In this document: positions 20,141-32,747 of the stretch, piece by piece
Layout: each line of letters begins with the position of its first letter
Numbering within the stretch: the stretch's first letter is position 1
Source of the DNA: Heliomicrobium sp.
GTDB lineage: Bacteria; Acidobacteriota; Blastocatellia; RBC074
Assembly: GCA_021155085.1 (NCBI GenBank)
Contig: JAJNQA010000027.1
Span: 30,058-94,057, forward strand
Length of the DNA stretch: 64,000 bases
Direction: 5' to 3'
Made by a program: the position numbers and the translations under genes
Notes under the pieces: generated by a model
Told to the model about the DNA's origin: nothing
Databases searched by the model: none
The model's input: only the letters and a program-made list of their open reading frames with translations

Positions 20141-20250
20141 AAAGAGGAGAGCACGGAACAAACGGAAATAACGGAATAAACGGAAACTTCAGGGTTGTTT
20201 CTCTTCTTCCGTTCGCTCCGTTATTTCCGTGTGTTCCGTATTCTCCAAAT
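20141..20250. repeat. about 100-bp imperfect palindrome with AACGGAA(T)A tandem units in metY-metX spacer
   Basis: ggaacaaacggaaataacggaataaacggaaac ... gtttccgt / cgttatttccgtgtgttccg mirror arms. Confidence 0.6.
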
Positions 20251-20260
20251 GCATTGCTGG

Positions 20261-21733
<1,473 letters not shown>

Positions 21734-22005
21734 TCAAATTGTCACTAAAATTGTTGAATCATCTGAATGACGCGCGCAGTCTAGGCTATCGTCAACCGCA
21801 CTGTCAAAGTTTTGGATTGAATGCCCTGGATTGCGGACGTTCCGTCCGCGCAGTCGCGTCATTTTGCGCGGACGGAGCGTCTGCGCTCCAGCCTCAATCT
21901 TCTACTTTGGAAAAGAATGGTCTACCATACGGCCACTTCGCAAAAACACTTCAACGTTTGTCGGAATTTCGCATCCGGACTTTGCTTTCAGGGAGGAAAT
22001 TAAGA

Positions 22006-23295
22006 ATGCGTCGTCTCTTGTCGCTTGCGTTATCGCTAATGGTTTTGGGTTGTCTTGCCTCGCTTGCCGCGGTGTCGGCGGAAAACTGGCCGCAATGGCG
22101 CGGGCCGATGCTCAACGGCATCAGCAATGAAAAGAACCTGCCGGTCAAATGGTCCGCGGAAGAAAACGTCACCTGGAAACTGCCTATGCCCGACCGCAGC
22201 GGCTCAACGCCGATTATCTGGGACAACACAATTTTCCTGAATATGGCGGACGGCACAAAAGCGACCGGCACGCTGTCTTTCTGGGCGGTGGATCGCACCA
22301 AGGGCACCGTGTTGTGGAAAAAGCCGCTCGGCGCAGGCGACCACATGATGCGCAAACAGAATATGTCTTCGCCTTCGCCTGTCACGGACGGCAAAATGGT
22401 CTGGGTGCTGACAGGGATGGGTGTGCTGCGCGCCTTCGATTTCAACGGCAATGAACTGTGGATGCGCGACATTCAAAAAGAGTATGGCAAGTTCGGTTTG
22501 AACTGGGGCTACGGCTCTTCGCCGCTGCTGCACGAAAACGCGCTTTATGTGCCGGTGCTGCACGGCATGCGCACGGATGAGCCCTCTTACCTTTTGAAAC
22601 TGGACAAGGCCACCGGCAAAACCATCTGGAAACATGACCGGCCGACTCCGGCCATCATGGAATCACCCGATGCCTACATCACACCGGCCTTGCTGAAAAA
22701 CGGGAACAAACTGGAAATCGTGCTCAGCGGCGGCGACTGCATCACTGGTCACGATCTGGCGACCGGCAAGGAATTGTGGCGCGCTTACGGTCTGAATCCG
22801 CAAAACATACAGTTCAACCGCATCGTCAATTCGCCGATCGTTTTCGACGGGTTGATTTACGCCGGCAGTCGGGGAAATCCGTATCTGGCTCTGCGCGCCG
22901 GAGGAAGCGGCGACATCACCAACACCCATGTTGCCTGGTCGTTCAACAACGGTCCTGATGTGCCAACGCCGGTTACGGATGGCAAGTATCTCTATCTGGT
23001 GCGCGACAACGGCACAATATTCTGCCTGGATGCCAAAACCGGAAAAGAAATTTACGGTAACCAGCGTTTGAAACCTGGCACCTACAGCTCTTCTCCCGTG
23101 CTGGCCGACGGCAAGATATACGCGGCCAACGAAGAGGGCTTTACAGTGGTCGTCAAAGCCGGGCCGCAATTTGAAGTCCTGGCTGAAAACGCGCTTGGCG
23201 ATTACTGCCTGAGTTCGCCTGCGATTTCCGACGGCCAGATTTTCATGCGCACTTCGGGCGCGTTGTACTGCATCGGCAAACGCGTAAAGAAGTAA
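22006..23295 (+). CDS. secreted PQQ-like beta-propeller repeat protein
   Basis: GGGAGG SD; signal peptide [25 protein letters not shown]; repeated W-x-x-G propeller blades. Confidence 0.7.
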   Translation: MRRLLSLALSLMVLGCLASLAAVSAENWPQWRGPMLNGISNEKNLPVKWSAEENVTWKLPMPDRSGSTPIIWDNTIFLNMADGTKATGTLSFWAVDRTKGTVLWKKPLGAGDHMMRKQNMSSPSPVTDGKMVWVLTGMGVLRAFDFNGNELWMRDIQKEYGKFGLNWGYGSSPLLHENALYVPVLHGMRTDEPSYLLKLDKATGKTIWKHDRPTPAIMESPDAYITPALLKNGNKLEIVLSGGDCITGHDLATGKELWRAYGLNPQNIQFNRIVNSPIVFDGLIYAGSRGNPYLALRAGGSGDITNTHVAWSFNNGPDVPTPVTDGKYLYLVRDNGTIFCLDAKTGKEIYGNQRLKPGTYSSSPVLADGKIYAANEEGFTVVVKAGPQFEVLAENALGDYCLSSPAISDGQIFMRTSGALYCIGKRVKK

Positions 23296-23303
23296 TGAAA
23301 GCG

Positions 23304-23351
23304 TGGGACAGATTTCAGTCTGTCCACAGTGCCGACAGGCTAAAGCCTGTC
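23304..23351. repeat. two adjacent REP-like hairpins (GTGGGACAGAT-ttcag-TCTGTCCACAG and GACAGGCT-aa-AGCCTGTCCCAC)
   Basis: same palindrome family as 34038, 40235, 41830. Confidence 0.7.
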
Positions 23352-23373
23352 CCACGATTTCCACGGAGCAATT

Positions 23374-25476
23374 ATGCTGAAAGCACGCATCGCAGTTGTT
23401 TCAATTCTCCTACTTATCTTTTCGCTGTCCGTGTTGGCGCAAACCAGGCGTCCGATCACTCACGAAGACGTCTGGCTGATGAAACGCGTCGGCGCGCCCG
23501 TGCCTTCGCCGGACGGGAAATGGGTAGTCTTTTCGGTGGTCGAACCGTCTTACGTCGAAGCGGACCAGGTTTCGGATTTGTGGATCGTTCCCGCCGACGG
23601 CAGCGCCAAACCGCGCAAGCTGACCAACACCAAAGGCGGTGAGAGCGGCGCAACGTGGTCGCCGGATGGCAAAAAGATCGCCTTTTCCACTCGCCGCGAA
23701 GGCGACGAAGCCGCGCAAATTTATCTGCTCAGCGTTGACGGCGGCGAAGCGATGCGTGTGACCCAGCTTTCCACTGGCGCGCGCAGTCCGCAGTTTTCGC
23801 CGGACGGCAAAGCGATTCTCTTTCAAAGCAGCGTCTTTCCCGGCACGCTCAACGACGAAGACAACAAGAAAGCCGCTGCCGACCGCAAGGCGCGCAAGTG
23901 GAACGCCCGCGTTTACGAAAGCTTCCCCATTCGCAACTGGGATCGCTGGCTGGATGACAAGCAAACGCACGTCTTTGTGCAATCACTTGATCCCGGTGCG
24001 AAAGCGAAAGACTTGCTGGCAGGAACGAAACTGGTCGCAGGCGCAGGATTCGCGGGCGTGACCGGCGCTGGCAGTGATGATCTGAATGCCGCGTGGTCGC
24101 CCGATGGCCAGTCAGTTGTGTTCGCGGCAAGCGACAACCGCAATGTGGCGGCTTATGCCGAAACCAGCACGCATCTTTACGCGGTTTCGATTAACGGCGG
24201 CGAACCAAAGCCGTTGACGAACGGACAGGACAGTTACTCCGGACCGAAGTTCAGCCATGATGGAAAAACGCTTTTCTGCGCGCTCAGTCCGGATTCCGAG
24301 AAAGCTTATAACCTGAACCGAATCGCCAGCTTTTCCTGGCCGTCCGTCAGCGACCGGAAAATTGTCACCGCCGGATTTGACCGTGCGCCGTCAAGCTTTG
24401 CGCTGACGCCGGATGGCAAAACGATTTACCTGCTGGCCGAAGACGCCGGACACGAAAAGCTGTTCACGGTTCCGGCAAGCGGTGGGCAAGTGACGCTGGC
24501 GATGGACCTGACGCGCGGCGTTTACACGGGCTTGGCGATTCCGGCCAAAGCGTCAGCAGTGTTTGCCAACTGGGAAAGCGCGACCAATCCGGCGGAAGTC
24601 GTGCGCATTGACCCCGCCTCGAAAACTCACAAGGCGCTGAGCGACTTCAACGCCGAGCGTGTTGCGCAGCTTGATCTGCCGCCGCTGCGCCATCACTGGT
24701 TCACCAGCAAGCGTGGAAAAAAGATTCACAGCTTGATTGTCTTGCCGCCGGGCTTCGACGAAAACAAAAAGTATCCATTGTTCGTCTTCATTCACGGCGG
24801 GCCGCACACGATGACGCGCGACCAGTTCTTTCTACGCTGGAATTATCATCTGTTGGCGCAGCCGGGCTACGTGATTTTGATGACGGATTACACAGGCTCG
24901 ACCGGCTACGGCGAAAAGTTCGCGCAGGAAATTCAGCGCGATCCGCTGAAAGGTCCCGGCGAAGAATTGAACGAAGCCGCTGACGCCGTGATCAAGGAAT
25001 TCAAATGGATTGACGGCGCGCGGCAGGCGGCGGGCGGCGCAAGTTACGGCGGGCATCTGGCCAACTGGCTGCAGGCAACCACCACGCGCTACAAATGTTT
25101 GATCGCGCACGCGGGCTTGATGAATTTGGAATCGCAGTGGGGAACCAGCGACGTGATTTACAGCCGCGAAGTCAGCAACGGCGGCCCGGTCTGGGAACAG
25201 GGCGAAGTCTGGCGGACGCAGAATCCGATTCGATACGCCGCCAACTTCAAAACGCCGATGCTGATCACCGTCGGCGAAAACGATTTCCGCGTGCCGCTCA
25301 ACAATTCACTGGAAAGTTGGAGCATCCATCAGCGGCTGCGCATTCCCAGCAAACTGCTGGTGTTTCCCGAAGAAAATCACTGGATTCTGCGTGGTGAAAA
25401 CAGCCGGTTTTTCTATTCGGAAGTTCACGCCTGGCTGAACCGCTGGCTGAATCCGGTTTCAAGCGCAGGCAATTGA
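23374..25476 (+). CDS. S9 family peptidase (prolyl-oligopeptidase/dipeptidyl-peptidase type) with N-terminal beta-propeller
   Basis: signal peptide; PD40-like repeats (WSPDG x several); C-term a/b-hydrolase GGASYGGHLANWL. Confidence 0.8.
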   Translation: MLKARIAVVSILLLIFSLSVLAQTRRPITHEDVWLMKRVGAPVPSPDGKWVVFSVVEPSYVEADQVSDLWIVPADGSAKPRKLTNTKGGESGATWSPDGKKIAFSTRREGDEAAQIYLLSVDGGEAMRVTQLSTGARSPQFSPDGKAILFQSSVFPGTLNDEDNKKAAADRKARKWNARVYESFPIRNWDRWLDDKQTHVFVQSLDPGAKAKDLLAGTKLVAGAGFAGVTGAGSDDLNAAWSPDGQSVVFAASDNRNVAAYAETSTHLYAVSINGGEPKPLTNGQDSYSGPKFSHDGKTLFCALSPDSEKAYNLNRIASFSWPSVSDRKIVTAGFDRAPSSFALTPDGKTIYLLAEDAGHEKLFTVPASGGQVTLAMDLTRGVYTGLAIPAKASAVFANWESATNPAEVVRIDPASKTHKALSDFNAERVAQLDLPPLRHHWFTSKRGKKIHSLIVLPPGFDENKKYPLFVFIHGGPHTMTRDQFFLRWNYHLLAQPGYVILMTDYTGSTGYGEKFAQEIQRDPLKGPGEELNEAADAVIKEFKWIDGARQAAGGASYGGHLANWLQATTTRYKCLIAHAGLMNLESQWGTSDVIYSREVSNGGPVWEQGEVWRTQNPIRYAANFKTPMLITVGENDFRVPLNNSLESWSIHQRLRIPSKLLVFPEENHWILRGENSRFFYSEVHAWLNRWLNPVSSAGN

Positions 25477-25485
25477 GGTAAACGC

Positions 25486-25908
25486 ATGAAATATCAAATC
25501 TCCACGGACGACCTGGAATTTCAACGGCAGTTTGAGACGGGGAGTTTTCCACCCGCTGAATTCAGTCATCGGGAACATGTGCGGCTTGCTTATGTTTATC
25601 TTTGCGGGAATGAGCCGGAAGCGGCGCACTTCAAAATGCGCCAGGCGCTTCAACAATACCTGGCGCATCACGGCATTGATCCCGGCAAATACCACGAAAC
25701 GATGACGAAAGCCTGGGTGCTGGCGGTGCGTCACTTTATGGAACGGTCTGCGGGGGCTGCGTCGTCGGAGCAGTTCATTGAAAACTGCCCGCTGCTGCTG
25801 GAAAAGGAAATCATGCTGACGCATTACACGAAATCCGAGCTTTTTTCCGAGAAGGCGCGCAGCGGTTTTATCGAACCGGATTTGGAGCAAATTCCCAGAT
25901 ACGCGTAA
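25486..25908 (+). CDS. hypothetical protein (140 aa)
   Basis: ORF only 9 bp after peptidase stop, no known motif. Confidence 0.4.
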   Translation: MKYQISTDDLEFQRQFETGSFPPAEFSHREHVRLAYVYLCGNEPEAAHFKMRQALQQYLAHHGIDPGKYHETMTKAWVLAVRHFMERSAGAASSEQFIENCPLLLEKEIMLTHYTKSELFSEKARSGFIEPDLEQIPRYA

Positions 25909-25927
25909 CTTGCCTGACTGGTAACGC

Positions 25928-25982
25928 AGAAAGCGGCGTCTTTTGTGGATTATATTTCGATCCACGAAAGACGCCGCTTTCT
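25928..25982. terminator. bidirectional stem-loop (16-bp stem AGAAAGCGGCGTCTTT / AAAGACGCCGCTTTCT with nested hairpin) between convergent genes
   Basis: perfect 16-bp arms flanked by T/A tracts on both strands. Confidence 0.7.
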
Positions 25983-25991
25983 TGCATTCGA

Positions 25992-26001
25992 GGGGGGGGG
26001 G
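25992..26001. repeat. poly-G homopolymer (10 nt) immediately 3' of stop codon of TIG-repeat gene
   Basis: gggggggggg at 25992-26001. Confidence 0.9.
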
Positions 26002-26002
26002 A

Positions 26003-29000
26003 CTATTTGATATTCACTCGCACGGTATTGGCGATTTTCCCATTCACCGTGATCACCAAATCCACTTCGCCGCGCCCCAGCAAACTACGCGGAATGCGCG
26101 CGTTGCACTGATCCAGCCCGATGAAACCCGGCGCGTCCGCTGCGTAAAGTACTTCACAATCCACGCCGCCGATTTTCACGCTGACACTGGACAGCGCGCC
26201 ATTGAATCGGAATCCCGTGCCGAACAGCAACGCGAAGACCTGGTCACCTTCCGGTCCCAGATCAATCGGACGCGGAACGAAACGGCCCAGCGAAGAATCG
26301 AACATCGCGAAGGATTCGAAGCTTTGCGCGCCGTTCGCGGTCAAGCGGAAAACGTTCGCCGCCGGAACGCCCACGCCGCTGGCATTCGCTGTGAACAAAC
26401 CCGGCGCAACCGTTGAGATTTGCTGTGTGCCCATCGAAATATTGTTGTCACCACTGGTGACTGTGATTGTCGCCAGGCCATTGGCCGTGCCCGGCGGGAT
26501 CAGGTAATTGATCTGTGATGGCGCGACGAAGAATAGCGGCGAGAGCCGTTCCATTCCCAGACTGTCTCTGACCGAAACCTTGGTTCCCAGCAACATTGTC
26601 GGCAACGGCTGGGAATCGGCGATGGCGACGCCGGTTGCCATCCCTACACCAAAAGCCGCGACAATGGATTCGGCGGCCAGTTCATTGCCGAAGAAACTGG
26701 CGGCGGAAACGCTGGTTACGCGGCTGACAATGTTAAAGGGCTGCGCGTTCGATGTGCCGCCACCCGGCGCGGGGGTGACAACCGTGATCGTTGCCGTCCC
26801 CGCGGTGGCAATGTCGGCAGCAGGGATCGCCGCTGTCAATTGCGTCGCGCTGAGAAACGTCGTTGTTCGCCCGCTGCCATTCCATTGCACCGACGAACTA
26901 TTAACGAAGTTCGTACCGGTGACAGTCAGCGTGAACGCCGTGCCGCCCGCGATGGCAAAACCTGGATTCAGGCTGGCAATCGTTGGCGCAGGCGTTGCCG
27001 CGTTGATCGTGAAACTGACTGCGTTTGAGGTGCCACCACCCGGCGTTGGCGTTACCACCGTCACGCTGGCCGTGCCAGCCGAAGCAATATCGCTGGCTGG
27101 AATCGCCGCTGTCAGTTGCGTGGCGCTGACAAAAGTCGTTGTCCGCGCGTTGCCGTTCCATCGCACGGTCGAACCATTGATGAAATTCGATCCGTTTACC
27201 GTAAGAGAAAACGCCGCGCCGCCCGTCGTCGCCGAATTCGGACTGATGTTGGTAAGTGTTGGCGCAGGGTTGTTGATGGTGAAGCTCAGGTTGTTTGAGC
27301 TTCCGCCGCCCGGCGCGGGATTGTTTACGGAAACACTGGCCGTGCCTGCCGTCGCAATGTCACTTGCCGGAATTGCGGCGGTCAGTTGCGTTGCACTGAC
27401 AAACGTCGTTGTGCGCTGGCTGCCGTTCCACCATACCGTCGAGCTGTTCACGAACCCGCTGCCGTTGAGGGTTAGCGTAAATGCTGCTCCGCCTGCCGCC
27501 GCTGAGTTCGGGTTCAGACTCGTGAGCGTCGGGGCCGGATTGTTGATCGTGAATGTTGCCGCTGCTGTGGTTCCGCCGCCTGGCGCGGGATTGGTCACTG
27601 TCACGCTGGCCGAGCCTGCCGTTGCTATATCCGTCGCGGGAATTGCCGCCGTCAATTGCGTGGCGCTGACGAAGGTCGTGGTGCGGAAACCGCCATTCCA
27701 CCACACGGTCGAATCGTTGATGAAATTCGTTCCATTGATTGTCAGCGTGAATGCCGCGCCGCCTGCCGTTGCTGAACTCGGATTGAGGGTCGTAATGGTG
27801 GGAACGGGATTCTGCGATTGATTGATCGTAAAACTCGCGGAATTTGATGTGCCTCCACCCGGCGCTGGATTCACAACCGTGACAATGGCGGAACCGTTAC
27901 TGGCGATGTCTGTTGCCGGAATGGCCGCTGTCAATTGCGTCGCGCTGCCAAAGGTCGTTGTGCGCGCACTGCCATTCCATCGGACGGTCGAACCGTTTAC
28001 AAAGCCGCTGCCGTTCACCGTCAAGGTAAACGCCGCGCCTCCCGTCGTCGCCGAATTCGGGTTCAATGTTGTTATGCCTGGCGTCGGATTATTGATGGTG
28101 AAGGTGGCCGTTGCGGAAGTTCCTCCGCCCGGCGCGGGACTATTCACTGTCACATTGGCGGTTCCTGCCGTGGCGATGTCGCTTGCCGGAATGGCCGCTG
28201 TCAATTGCGTCGCGCTGCCAAAAGTGGTTGTGCGCGGGCTGCCATTCCACTGCACGGTCGAACCGTTCACAAAGCCGCTGCCGTTGACTGTCAACGTAAA
28301 TGCCGTTCCGCCCGCTGTCACGGCATTCGGACTCAAGGTTGTGATTGTTGGGGCGGGGTTATTGATCGTAAACGTCAGGCTGTTTGAAGTGCCTCCGCCC
28401 GGCGCCGGACTTACTACGGTGACGGTTGCAGTACCCGCGGCAACCAGATCGCTGGATGGAATCGTCGCCGTCAGTTGAGTGGCGCTGACGAAGGTGGTTG
28501 TGCGCGGACTGTTGTTCCAGCGAACTTCAGAATTGCCGGCAAAGTTCGAGCCGTTCACCGTCAAGGTGATTCCACTGCTGCCAGCCGTCGCCGATGCGGG
28601 ATTCAGGCTGTTCAGCACAGGCACCGGATTCGGTTGCTGGACGGTGACCGCTCCCGCCGTGAAAGCCGATGTCAGGGTGTTGGCGGTGACATCGGAAATT
28701 TCGCGGGCGATGGGTTGATCCCCGAAGGTGATCGGGGAAGAGCCTGCCGCCGCGTTGCCGGCAACTGTGAAGGTGACGACGATAAGTTGCCGTGTCCCGG
28801 CGGCAAAGGTTTGTCCCGTTGACAACGCCAGGGCGACGCCCAGACGGCCATTGGCAACCTGCGCCGGATTCACGTTCAGCATTGCTCCGGCGGCGCCGTT
28901 GCCCGGCACGGTTGCCGGAGCGCTGAGGACGGTGGGGTTGAAATTCAGGCTGAAACCGATCGCGTTTTCATTGCCTTGCGAGACCAGTTCCACAGCCACG

Positions 29001-29167
29001 TTGACATTTTGACCCGTGGTGGCGGAAACGTTGACGATGCGCACTTCGCGCGCCTGCGCCGGGCTGGCCTGCGACGAATTCAAGCCGGCGGCAATGGCCA
29101 GTGTTGCGATGAATAATCCGGCCAGTGTTAGAAATGATTTTGCACGATGGAGCGTCTTGGCTTTCAT
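26003..29167 (-). CDS. large secreted surface protein: cohesin-like N-term, 7 tandem IPT/TIG domains, Solibacter-type C-terminal domain
   Basis: signal peptide; seven about 95-aa repeats [66 protein letters not shown]...; C-term SAASFFG...QINYLIPPG... (TIGR03437-like from memory). Confidence 0.75.
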   Translation of the reverse strand: MKAKTLHRAKSFLTLAGLFIATLAIAAGLNSSQASPAQAREVRIVNVSATTGQNVNVAVELVSQGNENAIGFSLNFNPTVLSAPATVPGNGAAGAMLNVNPAQVANGRLGVALALSTGQTFAAGTRQLIVVTFTVAGNAAAGSSPITFGDQPIAREISDVTANTLTSAFTAGAVTVQQPNPVPVLNSLNPASATAGSSGITLTVNGSNFAGNSEVRWNNSPRTTTFVSATQLTATIPSSDLVAAGTATVTVVSPAPGGGTSNSLTFTINNPAPTITTLSPNAVTAGGTAFTLTVNGSGFVNGSTVQWNGSPRTTTFGSATQLTAAIPASDIATAGTANVTVNSPAPGGGTSATATFTINNPTPGITTLNPNSATTGGAAFTLTVNGSGFVNGSTVRWNGSARTTTFGSATQLTAAIPATDIASNGSAIVTVVNPAPGGGTSNSASFTINQSQNPVPTITTLNPSSATAGGAAFTLTINGTNFINDSTVWWNGGFRTTTFVSATQLTAAIPATDIATAGSASVTVTNPAPGGGTTAAATFTINNPAPTLTSLNPNSAAAGGAAFTLTLNGSGFVNSSTVWWNGSQRTTTFVSATQLTAAIPASDIATAGTASVSVNNPAPGGGSSNNLSFTINNPAPTLTNISPNSATTGGAAFSLTVNGSNFINGSTVRWNGNARTTTFVSATQLTAAIPASDIASAGTASVTVVTPTPGGGTSNAVSFTINAATPAPTIASLNPGFAIAGGTAFTLTVTGTNFVNSSSVQWNGSGRTTTFLSATQLTAAIPAADIATAGTATITVVTPAPGGGTSNAQPFNIVSRVTSVSAASFFGNELAAESIVAAFGVGMATGVAIADSQPLPTMLLGTKVSVRDSLGMERLSPLFFVAPSQINYLIPPGTANGLATITVTSGDNNISMGTQQISTVAPGLFTANASGVGVPAANVFRLTANGAQSFESFAMFDSSLGRFVPRPIDLGPEGDQVFALLFGTGFRFNGALSSVSVKIGGVDCEVLYAADAPGFIGLDQCNARIPRSLLGRGEVDLVITVNGKIANTVRVNIK
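26500..28620. repeat. seven near-identical about 285-bp tandem coding repeats (TIG domains); mirror ORFs on + strand are artefacts
   Basis: protein-level repeats >80% identical. Confidence 0.8.
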
Positions 29168-29288
29168 TGTTGACCTCTCTTTGACCGACGATTTGTAACA
29201 ATGGGGAGCTTGTTCGGGCGATGTTTACGCCTGACGTTTGGAAACAAAATTTTGAAAGAATTGCTGAAGTGTTCCGAGGCGTTTTACC

Positions 29289-30026
29289 CTAACGCAGGTA
29301 TTGGCGTTCGACGGCCATGATTTTGGCGACGCGCTTACCGTGCCGCGCTTCGCCTTCAGGCGTGGCGAGCCAGGTCTGAACGACTTCGCGCAATTGCTCG
29401 GAACTGAGCATCCGCCCGCCGAGTGTCAGGACGTTCGCATAATTGTGCTCGCGGCTGTTGCGGGCGGTTGCCGCGTCGTAACACATTGCCGCGCGCACGC
29501 CGGGCACTTTGTTCGCGGTCATGCACGAACCGATTCCCGCGCCGTCCACGATGATTCCCAGATCGCAACCGCTGTCCGCGACAGCGCGCGCGACCGCATG
29601 CGCGAAGTCCGGGTAATCCACTGCCTCCTCCGAAAACGTGCCGAAGTCGCGATGTTTGAATCCGAGTTCGTCGAGCAGCTTTTTCAATTTCTCCTTCGCC
29701 TCAAACCCGCCGTGATCCGAGCCGATGGCGATCACGCGCTGTTTTCCGGAAACGGTGCGCCGTGTGCGGTGACGGATTTCGATGCCGCGTTCACGAATCA
29801 CATCCCGTGCGGCGGGCGTGATGATTGCGCCATCGCGAATCATCAGCTTTGCGTTTGCGGCCAGGTCGCGAACATCGGCTTCCGTAATGACGTTCTTCGC
29901 GGATTCGTCAATGACGGCTTCGGGTTGAACCTGATGAGGCGGGCCGCCAACCTGCTGCTGCAAAGCTTCGCGGACAAGCTGGCGAACCTTCTCACGTGAA
30001 TTGTTTTGCTCTTCGTTCATGTTCAA
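29289..30026 (-). CDS. RpiB/LacA/LacB-family sugar-phosphate isomerase with about 95-aa N-terminal extension
   Basis: C-terminal RpiB core (RVIAIGSDHGGFEAKEKL...GIIVDGAGIGSCMTANKVPGVRAA...); N-term VITEADVRDL..GAIITPAARDVIRERGIEI module. Confidence 0.7.
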   Translation of the reverse strand: MNMNEEQNNSREKVRQLVREALQQQVGGPPHQVQPEAVIDESAKNVITEADVRDLAANAKLMIRDGAIITPAARDVIRERGIEIRHRTRRTVSGKQRVIAIGSDHGGFEAKEKLKKLLDELGFKHRDFGTFSEEAVDYPDFAHAVARAVADSGCDLGIIVDGAGIGSCMTANKVPGVRAAMCYDAATARNSREHNYANVLTLGGRMLSSEQLREVVQTWLATPEGEARHGKRVAKIMAVERQYLR

Positions 30027-30658
30027 TCTTCTTCCAGATGCGCCGGGCCGGAATCACGGCTGAGCCACCATTGATGTCCGGCCAGCATCAACGCCACCCA
30101 GGCGCTGCCAAACATCCACCCGCCAACAATGTCCGTCGCCCAATGCGCACCGACGTGAATGCGGGCCAGATTGGTCAGCAGCAAATACAGCAGGGAAAGA
30201 ACGATTACGGTCTTGCTGAGGCGGGACTTGCCGGCCAACCGCGCCAGATACAACACCACGCCGCCCACCCCCATTGCATTCAGCGCCGTTCCGCTCGGAA
30301 AGCTCAACCCCTTCGACGCCTGATAGATCGTGACCAGATCCGCCGAGGGACGCGGACGCCCGAACAGCGGCTTCAGTTGCGATTCTCCGAACAGGGCGAT
30401 TGGCAGGCACGTCAGACCAAGCAGCAATGCCCAGTCCCATTTGCGCAATCCTAAAAGAATGGCGAAGACGAAATACGGCGAATAGCGCAGCATTTCACCC
30501 ATCACATTCCACAGCAGCCTGACGCCGCCGTTGTAAGGCAGCAGGTTTTGAACAAACTGGGTGAATTCCAAATCGCCCGGCAACGGGCCAGCGCCTTTCG
30601 CCTGCGAACCGAGCAAAATGGCGCACAGCAGAAACACCGCGGAGGCGATGAGAAACAT
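30023..30658 (-). CDS. PAP2-family membrane phosphatase
   Basis: KPLFGRPRP...SFPSGTA...RIHVGAHWATDIVGG motifs; 4-bp overlap with downstream gene. Confidence 0.7.
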   Translation of the reverse strand: MFLIASAVFLLCAILLGSQAKGAGPLPGDLEFTQFVQNLLPYNGGVRLLWNVMGEMLRYSPYFVFAILLGLRKWDWALLLGLTCLPIALFGESQLKPLFGRPRPSADLVTIYQASKGLSFPSGTALNAMGVGGVVLYLARLAGKSRLSKTVIVLSLLYLLLTNLARIHVGAHWATDIVGGWMFGSAWVALMLAGHQWWLSRDSGPAHLEED

Positions 30659-30698
30659 GCGGTAACTTTTCAAGCTCGCTCCTGGCAAAGAAGGGAAG

Positions 30699-31877
30699 TT
30701 AATCATTGAGGAACGACTTGATGCCGCGAATCGCCTGCGCGATGCGCTGTTCATTCTCCACCAGCGCGAATCGCACATACCCTTCGCCGCGTTCGCCGAA
30801 ACCTATACCGGGAGAAACGGCGACGCCTGCGCGCGTGATCATCTGTTTGGCGAATTCCAGCGAACCGTCTTTGGCAAAGTATTCCGGAATTTTCGCCCAG
30901 ACGAACATCGTCCCTTTGGGCGACGGAACTTTCCAGTTGGCGGAATTCAACCCTTTGATGAGGGCGTCGCGCCGCTTGCGGTAGACTTCGACGATTTCCG
31001 GCACGATGGCATCGCAATCCCGCAGGGCGATGACGCCCGCAATCTGCAACGGCTGGAAGATGCCGTAATCCAGATAGCTCTTGAGCCGCGTCAATGCCCC
31101 AATCGCCTGCTTGTTGCCGACGCAGAAACCCATTCGCCAGCCCGGCATCGAATAGCTCTTCGACATTGAAAACATCTCGACCGCGACATCCTTCGCGCCG
31201 GGAACCTGCAAAATGCTCGGTGCTTTATAACCATCGAAAGTCTGATCGGCATAGGCCAGATCGTGAATGATCAAATAGCCGCGTTCGCGCGCCAGCGCGA
31301 CGGCTTCTTCAAAAAAATCCAGTTCGACGCAGGCTGTCGTCGGATTGTGCGGGAACGACAGTACCAGCAGTTTGGGCTGTTCCGAACGCGGGAATTCCAG
31401 GCGGCGTAATTCCTCCATCATCTCTTCCGGGCTGTTATTGATCGGCAGTTTGATCAATTCGCAGCCGGCGATGGTGGCGGCGAAGGAATGAATCGGATAG
31501 CTGGGATCGGGCACGATGACCTTGTCGCCCGGTTCAACCAGGGCCAGCACCAGATGCGAAAAGCCTTCCTTGGCGCCAATGGTGACGATAGCTTCGGTCT
31601 CGGGATCAATGTCCACGTTATACCGGCGCGCGTACCATTTGGAAATTTCCAGCCGCAGGTTCGGAATCCCTTTCGATGCCGAATAGCGGTGATTGCGCGG
31701 ATTGCGCGCGGCTTCGACCAGCTTGTCCACAATCGGGTCCGGCGTGGCCAGATCGGGATTGCCCATTCCCATGTCAATAATGTCTTCGCCCTGGCGGCGG
31801 GCTTCCATCTTCAGTTGGTTGATGACGGCGAAAACGTACGGGGGAAGTTTTTCAATCAGTGGAAATCTGTAGTCCAT
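30699..31877 (-). CDS. class I/II pyridoxal-phosphate aminotransferase (alanine/aspartate aminotransferase-like)
   Basis: start [16 protein letters not shown]; [32 protein letters not shown] (Lys-PLP) motifs. Confidence 0.8.
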   Translation of the reverse strand: MDYRFPLIEKLPPYVFAVINQLKMEARRQGEDIIDMGMGNPDLATPDPIVDKLVEAARNPRNHRYSASKGIPNLRLEISKWYARRYNVDIDPETEAIVTIGAKEGFSHLVLALVEPGDKVIVPDPSYPIHSFAATIAGCELIKLPINNSPEEMMEELRRLEFPRSEQPKLLVLSFPHNPTTACVELDFFEEAVALARERGYLIIHDLAYADQTFDGYKAPSILQVPGAKDVAVEMFSMSKSYSMPGWRMGFCVGNKQAIGALTRLKSYLDYGIFQPLQIAGVIALRDCDAIVPEIVEVYRKRRDALIKGLNSANWKVPSPKGTMFVWAKIPEYFAKDGSLEFAKQMITRAGVAVSPGIGFGERGEGYVRFALVENEQRIAQAIRGIKSFLND

Positions 31878-32079
31878 ACTTCGTCTTTGAGTTTTGAAAT
31901 CCTGGTTAAGATTAAGGCTGAATTGACACCCGGAGAATCGGTCAATATATTGCCGGTTCCCCACGGCAATTCATCATTCACAGCATACGCAAAACATTAC
32001 CAGCCCAAGCATTTGTGCGGGCCATATTTTAATTACCAGCCCTTCTCGAAGGTCGGGCTTTTGTAAGGAGTTTGGCAAC

Positions 32080-32634
32080 ATGTCTGAAACCCGCAACTCC
32101 GTGTCGGAGTTTAACAATCCGGAGCTTGAAGTTCTGATCCCGACCGAGAAGCTACAGGAACGAATCCGTGAACTCGGCCAGCAAATTGCCCGCGATTACG
32201 CGGGACGCCGTCCCGAACTGATCTGCGTGCTGAAAGGCGCGATGGTTTTCCTGAGCGATCTGATGCGCGCGATTGACCTCAATCTGACGATTGATTACAT
32301 CGCCGTTTCAAGTTACGGCAAAGGCGTCAAATCCTCCGGCGAAGTCAAAATCGTCAAAGACCTGGATGAGCCGCTGCAGGGCCGCGAAATCATTTTGGTT
32401 GAAGACATTCTCGACACCGGACTGACGCTCAGTTATCTGGTCAATAGTTTTCATGCGCGCGGGGCGACTTCGGTCAAGATCGCAACCTTACTCAACAAAC
32501 CGGAACGGCGCAAGGTCGAAGTCCATCCCGATTACGTCGGTTTCGATATTCCAGATAAGTTCGTTGTGGGCTATGGGCTGGATTACGCTGAGCGGTATCG
32601 CAACCTGCCTTACATCGGCGTTGTGAAAGGGTAA
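32080..32634 (+). CDS. hpt: hypoxanthine phosphoribosyltransferase
   Basis: PRTase motif ILVEDILDTGLT, full-length Hpt homology. Confidence 0.9.
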   Translation: MSETRNSVSEFNNPELEVLIPTEKLQERIRELGQQIARDYAGRRPELICVLKGAMVFLSDLMRAIDLNLTIDYIAVSSYGKGVKSSGEVKIVKDLDEPLQGREIILVEDILDTGLTLSYLVNSFHARGATSVKIATLLNKPERRKVEVHPDYVGFDIPDKFVVGYGLDYAERYRNLPYIGVVKG

Positions 32635-32747
32635 AAGGGAAGGGAAGCGGGAAACGTCATTGGCCATTGACCATTAGCAATTGGCCATTAACCGACAAAA
32701 GACAGACGCTCTTCCATCGGTTAATGGCTGAATTCCTAATTTCCGGC

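Noticed and set aside
26508-28478. 437-aa and 218-aa + strand ORFs full of PPPGAG repeats
   Set aside because: Mirror-frame artefacts of the seven TIG repeats of the minus-strand surface protein.
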